Both the position numbers and the translations under genes were made by a program. From Actinomycetota bacterium (GTDB lineage: Bacteria > Actinomycetota > Coriobacteriia > Anaerosomatales > PHET01): a stretch of 64,000 bases of DNA. Location: the NCBI GenBank assembly GCA_029265315.1, contig JAJUJM010000001.1, forward strand, positions 42,493 to 106,492, in the 5' to 3' direction. The notes under the pieces were generated by a model. It was not told the origin of the DNA. It made no database searches and was given only the letters and a program-made list of their open reading frames with translations. Below, one piece after another: positions 44,182 through 53,800 of the stretch (its first letter is position 1; each line of letters opens with the position of its first letter).

Positions 44182-45819
44182 ATGCTCGAGGAACTACATG
44201 TGCGCGACCTCGCGCTCATAGAAGATGCGTGGCTCACCTTCGGGTCGGGCATGACGGTCCTCTCAGGTGAGACGGGCGCCGGCAAGACGGTGCTGCTCGG
44301 TGCGCTCAAGCTGCTTCTAGGTGAGCGTGCCGGTTCCTCGATGGTGCGTGCGGGTGCCGCGGAGGCGCTCGTTGAGGGGAGCTTCGTCACCACCGGGGGC
44401 GAAGTGCTCGTGCGAAGGCGTGTGGGTGCGGACGGCCGTAGTCGTTGCGCGATCGACGGCGAGATGGCGCCCGTGGGTGCCCTTGTGGAGCGAATCGGTC
44501 CACTCGTCGACCTGCACGGCCAGCACGAACACCAAGCGCTTCTGTCCAGGTCCTCGCACGTCGGCTATCTCGACCGTTGGGCGTCCGGCGCCGTGGAAGA
44601 GTTCCGAGCGGCTTACGTCCGTGCCCATGCGGGGTACGCACAGGCCGTTCGCGAACTGGAAGATGTACGGCGGCGAATCGAAGAGGTCACACGGGACGTC
44701 GATCACCTGCGCTTCATAGTGGACGAGATCGACAAGGTTGCTCCAGAGGCGGGGGAGGACGAGGAGCTCGAGGCACGTCTGCCCACGCTGATGCACGCGG
44801 AGCGACTGTCTGAGGCTGCGAACGAGGCCGTGACACTCGTGCGTGGTGAAGGCGCCGCGCTTGATTCGGTCGCCGGCGCGCGCGACGTGCTGGGCCGGGT
44901 GGCCGGCATCGACCCGGCGCTGGACGAACTGGCCTTGCGACTCGCTGAGGTGACCGAGCTCATCGATGATGTTGGTGCGGCATTGCGACGCTATCGCGAC
45001 GATGTGGACCACGACCCGGCCGCCTTGGATGCGCTCCAAGCCCGTTTGGCGTCGTTGACGGGTCTGAAGCGCCGCTATGGACCGACGCTTGACGATGTTC
45101 TCGCGAAGCGTGGCGAGGCGGTGGCCGCGCTGGAGACCGCGGACTCCGGGCAAGAGGCGTACGCGCGCGCGCAGTCGAGGGTCGATGACTCTCGTCTCGC
45201 CCTCGAACAGGCCGGTGCTGCGCTCGACGCCGCGCGCAGGGCCGCTGCTCCCAGCTTCAGTTCGGCCCTTGAAGCTCAGACGCGAGGGCTTGCCATGGAT
45301 GGCGCACGCTTCGAGATCGCCTTCACCGAGCTGCCGTTCGAAGCTTGGACCGAGGAGGGACCCCACACGGTCGAGTTCTTGTACTCGCCAGCCCCCGGAG
45401 TGCCCGCGCGTCCGCTTGCGCGAATCGCGAGCGGGGGCGAGCTCTCGCGGGTCATGCTCGCGCTCAAGTGCGCTCTGGGGCGTGCGGACACCGTCGAGAC
45501 TCTCGTGTTCGACGAGGTTGACGCCGGTATCGGAGGGGCGACGGCGATGGCGATCGGTGCACGACTGGCGGCGCTCGCGCGAAGCCACCAGGTGATCGTG
45601 GTCACTCATCTGGCCCAGGTCGCGGCGTTCGCCGACGCCCATCTGGTCGTTCGTAAGGTGGAGACATCCGGGGGTGTCGCGACCACCGTGGTCCCGGTCG
45701 AGGGCGAGATGCGTGTCGATGAACTGGCCCGGATGCTGTCCGGAGGTGTCTCAGCGGCGAGTCGCACGCATGCGGCGGAACTGTTGGCGCAGGCCCGCGA
45801 TGCGCGGACACCGGTCTGA
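44182..45819 (+). CDS. recN: DNA repair protein RecN
   Basis: 545 aa with an N-terminal Walker A GETGAGKT, a long coiled coil, and a C-terminal signature/Walker B (SGGELSRVMLALK ... LVFDEVDAGIGG). Confidence 0.95.
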   Translation: MLEELHVRDLALIEDAWLTFGSGMTVLSGETGAGKTVLLGALKLLLGERAGSSMVRAGAAEALVEGSFVTTGGEVLVRRRVGADGRSRCAIDGEMAPVGALVERIGPLVDLHGQHEHQALLSRSSHVGYLDRWASGAVEEFRAAYVRAHAGYAQAVRELEDVRRRIEEVTRDVDHLRFIVDEIDKVAPEAGEDEELEARLPTLMHAERLSEAANEAVTLVRGEGAALDSVAGARDVLGRVAGIDPALDELALRLAEVTELIDDVGAALRRYRDDVDHDPAALDALQARLASLTGLKRRYGPTLDDVLAKRGEAVAALETADSGQEAYARAQSRVDDSRLALEQAGAALDAARRAAAPSFSSALEAQTRGLAMDGARFEIAFTELPFEAWTEEGPHTVEFLYSPAPGVPARPLARIASGGELSRVMLALKCALGRADTVETLVFDEVDAGIGGATAMAIGARLAALARSHQVIVVTHLAQVAAFADAHLVVRKVETSGGVATTVVPVEGEMRVDELARMLSGGVSAASRTHAAELLAQARDARTPV

Positions 45820-45927
45820 CGCCTACACGGAAGCACCACGAGCGCGTGATAGGATACCGCGTGGCTTCGCCGCTCGTGCCGCGAAGCGTGAGCGCGAGCT
45901 ACCTCGACGGGCGGGCATCGATCAGAC

Positions 45928-47055
45928 ATGCGTCATCAGGGCACTGCGAGACTCGATAAGCGCACGAAAGACCTTGTGAAGCGACTCGGTCCTGACGACG
46001 TCGCTGTCATCGACCATGTCGACATGGACAGGGTGAGCGCGGAGGCGTTGCTCGCCACCGGAGTCGAGGTCGTGGTCAACGCCGCGCCATCGATCTCCGG
46101 GGCATACCCCAACGTGGGGCCCCTGCTTCTGACGCGCGGTGGCGTGACGTTGATCGATGCGGTCGGACCGGGCGTCTTCGAACGCATCCGTGAAGGTGAC
46201 ACCATCGAGGTGGTTGGCGACGACGTCTTGAAGGACGGCGAGGTCTGCGCCACGGGGACCCGCCTGTCGGTCGCCGAGGTCGAACGCCGGATGGAGGAGG
46301 CCAAAGCCAATCTGGGCGAGCAGCTGGACGCCTTCGCGCGCAACACGCTTCAGTACCTCGAACGCGAGCGAGCGATCCTCACCGACGACATGTGGGTGCC
46401 GCACGTCGACGTCCCGATACACGGGCGTCACGTGCTCGTCGTGGTACGCGGCTACGACTTCAAGGAGGACATCACCGCGCTCACGCCCTACATCCGTGAG
46501 ATGAAGCCGGTGTTGGTCGGGGTCGATGGGGGGGCCGATGCCCTGATGGAGGCCGGATTCAGGCCGGACATCATCGTCGGCGACATGGATTCCGTGACTG
46601 ACGAGGCGCTCCTGAGCGGTGCTGAGCTCATCGTGCATGCGTACGCGGACGGACGTGCCCCGGGCATGGAGCGCTTGGAGGCACTTGGGGTTGCCGATGC
46701 AGCCCACACGTGGCCGCTCACCGCGACCAGCGAGGACCTCGCGCTACTGCTCGCGTGGGAATCCGGCGCGGACCTCATCGTGGCGGTTGGGACGCACGCG
46801 AACCTCGTCGAGTACCTGGATAAGGGCCGCAGGGGAATGGCGTCGACCTTCCTCGTTCGTCTGAAGGTCGGTCCCAAGCTCGTGGACGCCAAGGGCGTGA
46901 ACAAACTCTATCGCTCGGCGGTGGGCCCCGCGCACCTCATGTTGCTCGTGGGGGCCGCCTTGGTGGCCGCCAGCGCCGTGGTTCTCATCTCGGCTGAGGT
47001 ACGGGCGTTTCTCGAGCTCATGATCCTGAACGTGCGCGCTGCGTTGGGCGTGTAG
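45928..47055 (+). CDS. steA: putative cytokinetic ring protein SteA
   Basis: 375 aa. ARLDKRTKDLVKRLGPDDVAVIDHVDMDRVSAEAL is the SteA N-terminus. A TPK-like middle (GVDGGADAL...IVGDMDS) and a C-terminal TM helix follow. The position after recN matches Actinomycetota. Confidence 0.75.
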   Translation: MRHQGTARLDKRTKDLVKRLGPDDVAVIDHVDMDRVSAEALLATGVEVVVNAAPSISGAYPNVGPLLLTRGGVTLIDAVGPGVFERIREGDTIEVVGDDVLKDGEVCATGTRLSVAEVERRMEEAKANLGEQLDAFARNTLQYLERERAILTDDMWVPHVDVPIHGRHVLVVVRGYDFKEDITALTPYIREMKPVLVGVDGGADALMEAGFRPDIIVGDMDSVTDEALLSGAELIVHAYADGRAPGMERLEALGVADAAHTWPLTATSEDLALLLAWESGADLIVAVGTHANLVEYLDKGRRGMASTFLVRLKVGPKLVDAKGVNKLYRSAVGPAHLMLLVGAALVAASAVVLISAEVRAFLELMILNVRAALGV

Positions 47056-47070
47056 ACCGAAGGGAGCTTC

Positions 47071-47922
47071 GTGTACAACCTGAGATATCACATCGCGTCG
47101 CTCGTCGCGCTGTTCCTGGCCTTGGCGCTCGGTCTGGTGCTCGGCGGGCTCGTCGTCGAGCGCGGCACTGTCTCCCGGCAGCAGGCCAACCTCGTGAAGA
47201 ACCTGGAGGAGCAGTTCGCGGCTCTGAGGGACGAGAACCGTGCGCTCGTCCAGGAGAACGAGTTGTCTGACCGCTTCTCTCAGATGATGAGCGATGCATG
47301 GACCCGGGGCAGGCTTGAGGGCAAGACGGTGCTCGTCGTCTCCAACGCGGGTCGAGCGAGTGGTGTCGAGGCGGCCCGTGAAGCGATCCAGGGCGCCGGT
47401 GGCGTCGTCGTGAACGTCGTCATCCTCAAACCCGGTCTGGGTCTGACGGATGCTCAGGTACGCTCCAGCGTCGCCACGCTCGTCGCCGCCGAGAAGGACC
47501 GTCTCCTCGAGAGCGTCTGTGCGTCTTTGGCCGCCGAGTGGGCTGGTACAGGGCCCGACATGCCGGTCACGAGTGCGCTTGTGGCCGCCGACGTTCTGAG
47601 GCTTGACGGACTTGAGCCGGGTATGCCCATCGGGGCACTGGTGGACGTGGCGCTGGCCGACGGCGAAGTCGAGGTGGCCGGCGTACATCTCGCCAGCGCC
47701 TTCATCGCGTACGGTCCTGCCGTCGCGGGTCAGATGGCAGGTGAGGAGTCAGGATTGGCTGCCGCGGCGGACGAAGCAGGCGTCTCAGCCTTCGACACGT
47801 TGGGCACCCCGGTCGGGCGCTACACCCTCGTCGCGTTGCTGTCCGGGGCCAAGAGCGGATACTACGGCACCGGCCCGGGGGCGGGGTCGCCCTTCCCCGA
47901 TGTGCCGGAACCAGGGCGCTGA
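47071..47922 (+). CDS. copper-transporter-family (MctB/SteB-like, DUF3186) membrane protein
   Basis: MYNLRYHIASLVALFLALALGLVLGG forms the N-terminal anchor, followed by a coiled coil. This is the family usually found downstream of steA. Confidence 0.7.
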   Translation: MYNLRYHIASLVALFLALALGLVLGGLVVERGTVSRQQANLVKNLEEQFAALRDENRALVQENELSDRFSQMMSDAWTRGRLEGKTVLVVSNAGRASGVEAAREAIQGAGGVVVNVVILKPGLGLTDAQVRSSVATLVAAEKDRLLESVCASLAAEWAGTGPDMPVTSALVAADVLRLDGLEPGMPIGALVDVALADGEVEVAGVHLASAFIAYGPAVAGQMAGEESGLAAAADEAGVSAFDTLGTPVGRYTLVALLSGAKSGYYGTGPGAGSPFPDVPEPGR

Positions 47923-47933
47923 CCCCTTCGATC

Positions 47934-48611
47934 TCAGTGTCGCTCAAGGGCCAGCTTGACCAAGGCGAGCGCCACATGGACGAACTGGCGTCCGCGGTGC
48001 ACGAAACCCTTGAGGTCGCGTCCGGTGGCGGCATGTGCCATCTCCGTCGGCACCTCGACCACCCTGAAACCCCTGCGCAGCGCACGGACGGTGAGGGCCA
48101 CCTCGACGCCGTACCCTGAGGCGAACGGCCTGACCGCCTCGAGGCACCTGCTCGTGAGTGCGCGCTGACCCGAGAGCGGCGCCTCGGCCTGCCATCCACC
48201 ACCCATGCGGGCGATTCCGAAGCGGGCAAGTGACTTCACGAGACCGAACCCCGCTTTGCCCGCCGGTTTCGGGAACGTCGCGATGCTCATGTCCGCTTGG
48301 CCCGCCAGGACCGGTTCGAGCAGCTTCACGGCTTGGGAGGCGGTGTGGCCGAGGTCGCCGTCGAGCAGGAGCACGACATCGGCGTTCGCGACGCGCTCGG
48401 CCCCGGCTTCGAGGGCGGCCCCCTTGCCCACGTTGAAGGTCAGTCTCACCACCTTGGCTCCTGCGGTGTCGGCCCGCTCGGCTGTGTCATCGTGGGACGC
48501 GTCGTCGACGACGACGCATCTCGTCACGCCGGGAATGGCCAAGGCGGCCTCAACGGTGTCCGCGATGCGCTGCGCTTCATCGTGTGCCGGTATCAGAACC
48601 GCGATGTCCAT
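47934..48611 (-). CDS. family 2 glycosyltransferase
   Basis: 225 aa on the minus strand with MDIAVLIPAHDEAQRI...VVVDDASHDDT...LLLDGDL (GT-A fold, DxD). Its ATG overlaps the stop of the upstream minus-strand murJ. Confidence 0.8.
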   Translation of the reverse strand: MDIAVLIPAHDEAQRIADTVEAALAIPGVTRCVVVDDASHDDTAERADTAGAKVVRLTFNVGKGAALEAGAERVANADVVLLLDGDLGHTASQAVKLLEPVLAGQADMSIATFPKPAGKAGFGLVKSLARFGIARMGGGWQAEAPLSGQRALTSRCLEAVRPFASGYGVEVALTVRALRRGFRVVEVPTEMAHAATGRDLKGFVHRGRQFVHVALALVKLALERH

Positions 48612-50185
48612 CAGCTCACATCCTTCGAGCTCATCGACCGGCGGGCGATGCGCAAGGCCATACCCTCGAGGATGGCGAGCTCATTGATGCGAAGCACGCG
48701 TGCGACCGCATAGGTGATGAGCAGGCCGGCCGCTGCGCCGACAGCGGTTTGGACGACCGCGGTCGCGGCGGCCGGAGTCGGGTCCGAGAGTGCCCCGGAG
48801 ACCAGCCAGGCCACCATTCCGCCTATCGCCGATGCGGCTGCCATCTTCATGAACGTCCCGGCGAAGCCTTTCAGGTCGAATCCTCCGATACGTCTGCGCA
48901 ACAGCACCGTGAGTGTGACGAACTGCAGCGCGTAGAAGACGCCATCGGCGATGGGGACACCGTCAACACCAAGGCCCGCCCACGCTCCGACACCCGCGGT
49001 GAGGACGAGATAGCCACCCACCTGGACGACGGTCGTGGCGAGGTTCGCGAGCATGGGCGTGCGTGTGTCCTTGAGCGAGTAGAACGCTCTGAGCACGAAC
49101 ATCATGCAGGCGAAGAAGACGAGCCCCACCGCCCACCAGCGCAGGGCCGATGATACGGCGGGGATGTCGGTGACGTTGAAGCGACCGATCAGGTAGAGGG
49201 TCGAGAGTGGGGTGGCGAGTGCGACCAGAAGCGCCGATGCGGGCAGTATGAGCAGGGCGGTCGCACGCAGCCCTTTGACGAACGTCGCGCGGAACGCGTC
49301 ATCGTCTCCTCGTCCTGCGGCGTCCGACATCTCGGTGAAGACCGCCGTCGCGAGCGCGACGGCGAGGATCCCATAGGGCAACTGGTAGAAGGTCCACGCA
49401 TAGGCCAGGACCGCAGGGCCATTGGGTGCGGCCGCAAGCGCGCTCGCGTTCCGGAAGGAGACCGCGACGAGGTTGGTGACGACGTATGCGATCGTCGGCA
49501 GCGCGAGCACAAGCATCCGCCGAACGTCCGGGTCGTCGAGTCCGAGACTCATCCGCAGGCGGACTCCCGATCTCATGAGCGAGGGCACCATGACCCCGAA
49601 CATCGCCACCACACCCAAGGTGGTGCCGACCGCGAGGACGGTCCGGCCGGTCGCGTCGAGCGGCATGGTGGCGACGAGAAGCATCGTGGCGATGACGACG
49701 AGGTTGTTGAACACAGGGCCCAGAGCGGTCCAGAGGTACTGACGCTCGGCGTTCAGGACCCCCTGCATGACCATGCCGCCTCCGTAGACCACGACCTGGA
49801 TCGCGAAGAACCGGAAGAAGAACTCCGCGGCGCTGCGGACCTCGGCTCCCGCGCCTGTGGGGGAGCGGAATGTCTGCGTCCAGATGAACGGCTGAGGGAA
49901 GAGGGTCCCGATGAGCGCGACGGCCCCCAGAGCGAGGACGAACATGGTGAACACGTGGCCGGCGAAACGACTGGCCGCTTCGTCACCCCGTCGAGCTTTG
50001 ACCTCGAGGTAGGTCGGGATGAACAGCGACGAGAGGATGCCGCCGGCGACGAGTTCGAAGATCATGTTGGGGATGTTGTTGGCGATGTTGTAGGCGGCGG
50101 TCAGTCCGCTCGCGCCAAGCGCGAGGGCCATCGCCCACATGCGGACGAAGCCCGTGACTCGCGACAGCGTGGTCGCTACGGACAT
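48611..50185 (-). CDS. murJ: lipid II flippase MurJ (MviN family)
   Basis: 524 aa on the minus strand, polytopic (~14 TM). The MVSATTLSRVTGFVRMWAMALALG-type N-terminus reads MSVATTLSRVTGFVRMWAMALALGAS. Confidence 0.88.
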   Translation of the reverse strand: MSVATTLSRVTGFVRMWAMALALGASGLTAAYNIANNIPNMIFELVAGGILSSLFIPTYLEVKARRGDEAASRFAGHVFTMFVLALGAVALIGTLFPQPFIWTQTFRSPTGAGAEVRSAAEFFFRFFAIQVVVYGGGMVMQGVLNAERQYLWTALGPVFNNLVVIATMLLVATMPLDATGRTVLAVGTTLGVVAMFGVMVPSLMRSGVRLRMSLGLDDPDVRRMLVLALPTIAYVVTNLVAVSFRNASALAAAPNGPAVLAYAWTFYQLPYGILAVALATAVFTEMSDAAGRGDDDAFRATFVKGLRATALLILPASALLVALATPLSTLYLIGRFNVTDIPAVSSALRWWAVGLVFFACMMFVLRAFYSLKDTRTPMLANLATTVVQVGGYLVLTAGVGAWAGLGVDGVPIADGVFYALQFVTLTVLLRRRIGGFDLKGFAGTFMKMAAASAIGGMVAWLVSGALSDPTPAAATAVVQTAVGAAAGLLITYAVARVLRINELAILEGMALRIARRSMSSKDVS

Positions 50186-50386
50186 GAGCGCGGTGGAACG
50201 TGCTATCGAAGGTCGTGCGATCGCTCGTCTCCATCGGTCGGTCGCGTGGGCGAATCGGCGGGTGTGATGACGCGACCAGTGTACCCGAGGCTTGAGCTTG
50301 CGCTCCTACTCCGCTCTGCAGGTTCAACGACCCGTCATCACCTCGTCACCATGGCGCTCGGGCGCCATGGGCTATCATGTGAGTGG

Positions 50387-52696
50387 ATGAGACGCCTCTT
50401 CACCACAGCCCTCCTCGTCTCCGCGCTCGTGGCGTGGTGCCATCCCGCCTCTGCGTCGGCCGCTCCGTCAACGGCACGGCGCGTCGTCATCATCCTGGCC
50501 CCCTACCTGACCTGGGGAGACGTCAATCCCGCTTCCACGCCGACGATCTGGGCACTCGCGAAGACGGGTGCGATCGGAGACATCAACGCACGAAGTCGGG
50601 CGCGAGAGCCCGGAGAGCCTTCGTCGCCCCTCGAGGGGGCGTTGACGATATCGGCCGGCGCATGGGCTGTGCCCTCATACTCGGCCGCTGCGGCGTACGT
50701 GGTCGATGAGCGCTACGAAGTCGGCGATGCGGCGGAAGCGTTCCGGCGGACGACGGGCTACCAGGTCGGGCGCAACCGCATCGTGTTCCTTGGCATGCCG
50801 GTCACTCAGCGCGTCAACGCCGAGCGGGCGTTCGAGGTGGTCTTGGGGACGCTCGGCCAGGCCGTCGAGGACGCGGGCGGTCTCACAGCGGCAGTGGGAA
50901 ACTCCGATGTCGGCTACGTGACAGCAGAGCAGCGTCGAGTGCGTCCAGCGGCCCTCGCGGCCATGAATGAGCAGGGTCTCGTCGCACTGGGAGATGTCTC
51001 GACTAGGCTGCTGCGTGAGGACCCGAACGCGCCGTTCGGAATCGAGACCGACCCGGACGCTTTCGACCGTGCGTTGCGTGAGGTGGCCGAGGCGACCCGC
51101 GAGACCACCGGGCCCGCGCTGGTCGTGTTGGATGCGGGTGATGCCTACCGGGCCACCAAGTTCGAGACCCAGGTGACCACGAGTGTCGCCGCTCGTCATC
51201 GTGAACGGGCCCTGTGGACGCTTGACACGGTGGTGAAGCTGGCAGTCCAGCACTTTCCCGACGATGTCGTCATCGTCGCCTCGCAGTCGACCGGGGACGA
51301 GACGGTCGGGCGACTGGAGGGCCTCGGCCCCATCATCGTGTCCGGTGGGGGTTGGGAAGGCTTCCTGACGTCGAGCTCCACGCAGCGTCAAGGTCTGGTC
51401 ACCAACCTCGACCTGACCGCCAGCGTGCTCTCCGTTCTGGGGCTGAAGCGTCCGGTGCAGGTGCTCGGTAACGAGATGACCCTCACGCCGGCCCCTGAAT
51501 CGCTCGAGGAACGGGTCGCGATCCTGGACCGCATGAACAGGACCGCCGTCTCGGTGGATGCGGCCAAACCCGGCGTCGTGAACGCCTTCGTGATCTTCAC
51601 GGTGGTCGCACTGCTTCTGGCGAGCTTCGTCATGGTGCGGTTCCGCGCGTGGCCCCCGCGCACCACGGTCGCCACGGTCAGTGCGTTGCGTGGCGCGCTG
51701 CTGTTCGCGCTGTGCATCCCGGTGTCGTCCTGGTTGATGTTCGCGTGGAGCAGATGGCCGGCGACGGTGGGCGAGGTCGTCGGCAGCCTGTTGATCACGA
51801 CAGCGGTCCTGTGGGGCCTATCGCTTCTTGCCCTGCGTTTCTGGGGCGACCGGGTGCCCGTCGCCCTCGCGTCGTTGCTCACCGCGCTTGTGCTTCTCGC
51901 CGATCAGCTACTGGGCGCTCCGGCGTCGTTCACCAACATCTTCGGGTATTCGCCGTTGATGGCGGCGCGCTTCTATGGGATCGGCAACGAGGCCGCTGCG
52001 ATCCTGTTCGGAGCGACGATCGTCGGGTTCGCGCTGCTGCTCGACCAATGGCCGGAAGCCGTGTGGGTCGCGCCGGCCAAGCGTTTCGTCCTCCCCGTGC
52101 TCGCGATCGTCATCGTGGGGGTCAGCGCGGCGCCCGTGCTCGGCGCCAACGTCGGTGTGGTGGCGTGGGGAACCGTGGGTTTCGTGCTCGCGTGGGTCCT
52201 CATGAACGGACATCATGTGTCGTTCAAGACCGTCGTGTGGATAGCCTTGGTCATCGTCGCCGTCCTGGGTCTGTTCGCCGCCGTGGACTTGTTCGGAGGA
52301 GGCCCACAGACGCATCTCGCTCGTGCGATCGAATCGGCCGACGCGGGCGGACTGGTCGAGCTGTGGAAGATCGTGGTCCGCAAGGCCGACACGAACATGC
52401 GCGTCCTGACCCATACGCGGTGGGCCTACATCCTGATCGCGGTGGTCGCGTTCCTGGCCTTCATGCGATGGCGTCCCCAGGGAGATTTCGCTGAGACCCT
52501 GGCCGAGAACCCTCATTTCGCGGATGCCATCACGGTCTCGCTCGTGGCGGGTCTGGCCGCCTACTTCACCGAGGACTCCGGGATCGTGATCCCTGCACTC
52601 GAGGTCTTCTACGTGGGTGTCGCGCTCGCGTGGCTCATGCTGTCACGCCTTCGCGCCACCGTAGGTGTCGAAGAGAAGCAGGTGGACGTGCGTTGA
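50387..52696 (+). CDS. large envelope membrane protein: signal peptide + extracytoplasmic domain + C-terminal polytopic domain (unknown family)
   Basis: ATG 50387 gives MRRLFTTALLVSALVAWCHPASASA, a signal peptide. A ~420-aa soluble domain (VVIILAPYLTWGDV...) is followed by ~10 TM helices containing ARFYGIGNEAAAILFG. The 49955 extension overlaps murJ on the opposite strand and is not protein-like. Confidence 0.7.
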   Translation: MRRLFTTALLVSALVAWCHPASASAAPSTARRVVIILAPYLTWGDVNPASTPTIWALAKTGAIGDINARSRAREPGEPSSPLEGALTISAGAWAVPSYSAAAAYVVDERYEVGDAAEAFRRTTGYQVGRNRIVFLGMPVTQRVNAERAFEVVLGTLGQAVEDAGGLTAAVGNSDVGYVTAEQRRVRPAALAAMNEQGLVALGDVSTRLLREDPNAPFGIETDPDAFDRALREVAEATRETTGPALVVLDAGDAYRATKFETQVTTSVAARHRERALWTLDTVVKLAVQHFPDDVVIVASQSTGDETVGRLEGLGPIIVSGGGWEGFLTSSSTQRQGLVTNLDLTASVLSVLGLKRPVQVLGNEMTLTPAPESLEERVAILDRMNRTAVSVDAAKPGVVNAFVIFTVVALLLASFVMVRFRAWPPRTTVATVSALRGALLFALCIPVSSWLMFAWSRWPATVGEVVGSLLITTAVLWGLSLLALRFWGDRVPVALASLLTALVLLADQLLGAPASFTNIFGYSPLMAARFYGIGNEAAAILFGATIVGFALLLDQWPEAVWVAPAKRFVLPVLAIVIVGVSAAPVLGANVGVVAWGTVGFVLAWVLMNGHHVSFKTVVWIALVIVAVLGLFAAVDLFGGGPQTHLARAIESADAGGLVELWKIVVRKADTNMRVLTHTRWAYILIAVVAFLAFMRWRPQGDFAETLAENPHFADAITVSLVAGLAAYFTEDSGIVIPALEVFYVGVALAWLMLSRLRATVGVEEKQVDVR

Positions 52697-52698
52697 TC

Positions 52699-53712
52699 AT
52701 GCGGTCCGTCGCCACGTTGCTCGGCGCCTGCCTCCTCGGCGTGATCGTGCCGTGGGTCGCGATGCACATGCTCGCACCCTCGCTCGAGGTATCGCCCGCG
52801 GCTCGCGCGACCAACTTCCGGGGTCGCACGGTCCACTACGGTCTGGGCGTCGTCTGGCTCATCTGGGCCGGTTCGGCGCTCATCGGGAGCGTCGTCGGTT
52901 CGGCATGGAGCATGTTCACAGCGCGACTGCTCACGCTCGCCGGCCCGCTCGCACTGGTCGCGTTCGCGTTCGGTGTTGTGGACGACGCGTACGGCAGCGG
53001 CGATTCGCGCGGATTCCGTGGTCATGTCTCCGCCATGCTCAGGGGACGCTTGACCACTGGTGGTCTCAAGCTCGTCGGTATCGGGACTGCATCCCTCGCG
53101 GTCGCGTTCGTCCTGTCTCCGGCCTGCGACTGGGGTCGTGCGGCAACCGGCATCGGGGGGCCTTGGGGTTGGGTCGGCCGTGCTACCGCGACACTCATCG
53201 CCGGCGCCGCCATCGCGCTGACCTCGAACCTGGTCAATCTGGCTGATCTGCGGCCGGGCAGGGCGCTCAAGCTCTACTGTTTGTTGGCTGCTACGGCTGT
53301 CGCTTCATCCGTTGCGTTCGCGGCTTCGTCGGATTCGCCTGTCGGAGCGCTGTCCACCAGCGGCCTCGCACGCGAAGCGGGTGTGCTGGCATTGTTCTTG
53401 GTCGGTCCCGTCATCGCTGTGTGGCGCGATGACCTGGGTGAGCGCGGGATGCTCGGCGATGCCGGAGCGAACCCCATGGGCGCGGTCACGGGGATGTTGA
53501 TCGTGACGGGTCTTCCCCTGGTGTGGCTCGTCATCTACTTTCTGGCGGTCTTGGCGCTGAACCTGGTCAGCGAGCGAGTGAGCTTCTCCGCGGTCATCGA
53601 TGCGAACCCGGTCCTCGCGCGCATCGACGGCCTCGGGCGGCTGAGGGACGTGTCGACCGATGCGGGTGAGATGGGCCAAACCGTTGCGCACGATGAGGCG
53701 TCGCACGTATAG
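52699..53712 (+). CDS. MraY/WecA-like (polyprenyl-phosphate sugar-phosphate transferase superfamily) membrane protein, divergent
   Basis: ATG 52699 is 3 nt after the upstream stop. The protein is polytopic. VVDDAYG and NLVNLADLRPGR resemble the DDxxG and NxxNxxDGxDG motifs of GT4 phosphotransferases but are degenerate. Confidence 0.45.
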   Translation: MRSVATLLGACLLGVIVPWVAMHMLAPSLEVSPAARATNFRGRTVHYGLGVVWLIWAGSALIGSVVGSAWSMFTARLLTLAGPLALVAFAFGVVDDAYGSGDSRGFRGHVSAMLRGRLTTGGLKLVGIGTASLAVAFVLSPACDWGRAATGIGGPWGWVGRATATLIAGAAIALTSNLVNLADLRPGRALKLYCLLAATAVASSVAFAASSDSPVGALSTSGLAREAGVLALFLVGPVIAVWRDDLGERGMLGDAGANPMGAVTGMLIVTGLPLVWLVIYFLAVLALNLVSERVSFSAVIDANPVLARIDGLGRLRDVSTDAGEMGQTVAHDEASHV

Positions 53713-53747
53713 AATCGCCACGGGAGCCGTTGGCGTCGTCAGACGGT

Positions 53748-53778
53748 GAGCCGACTGACGTTCGAGCCGACTGACGTT
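53748..53778 (+). repeat. tandem direct repeat GAGCCGACTGACGTT (x2, 1-nt spacer) in the pyrG leader
   Basis: Copies are at 53748-53762 and 53764-53778, read directly from the sequence. They lie 23 nt upstream of the pyrG ATG and downstream of a TAGAAT hexamer at 53710-53715. Confidence 0.9.
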
Positions 53779-53800
53779 GCAAGGGGAGAAGAAGGAGCCC

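Noticed and set aside
49955-50386. A 144-codon N-terminal extension of the 913-aa ORF.
   Set aside because: It overlaps murJ on the opposite strand and is not protein-like. A signal peptide begins at ATG 50387.
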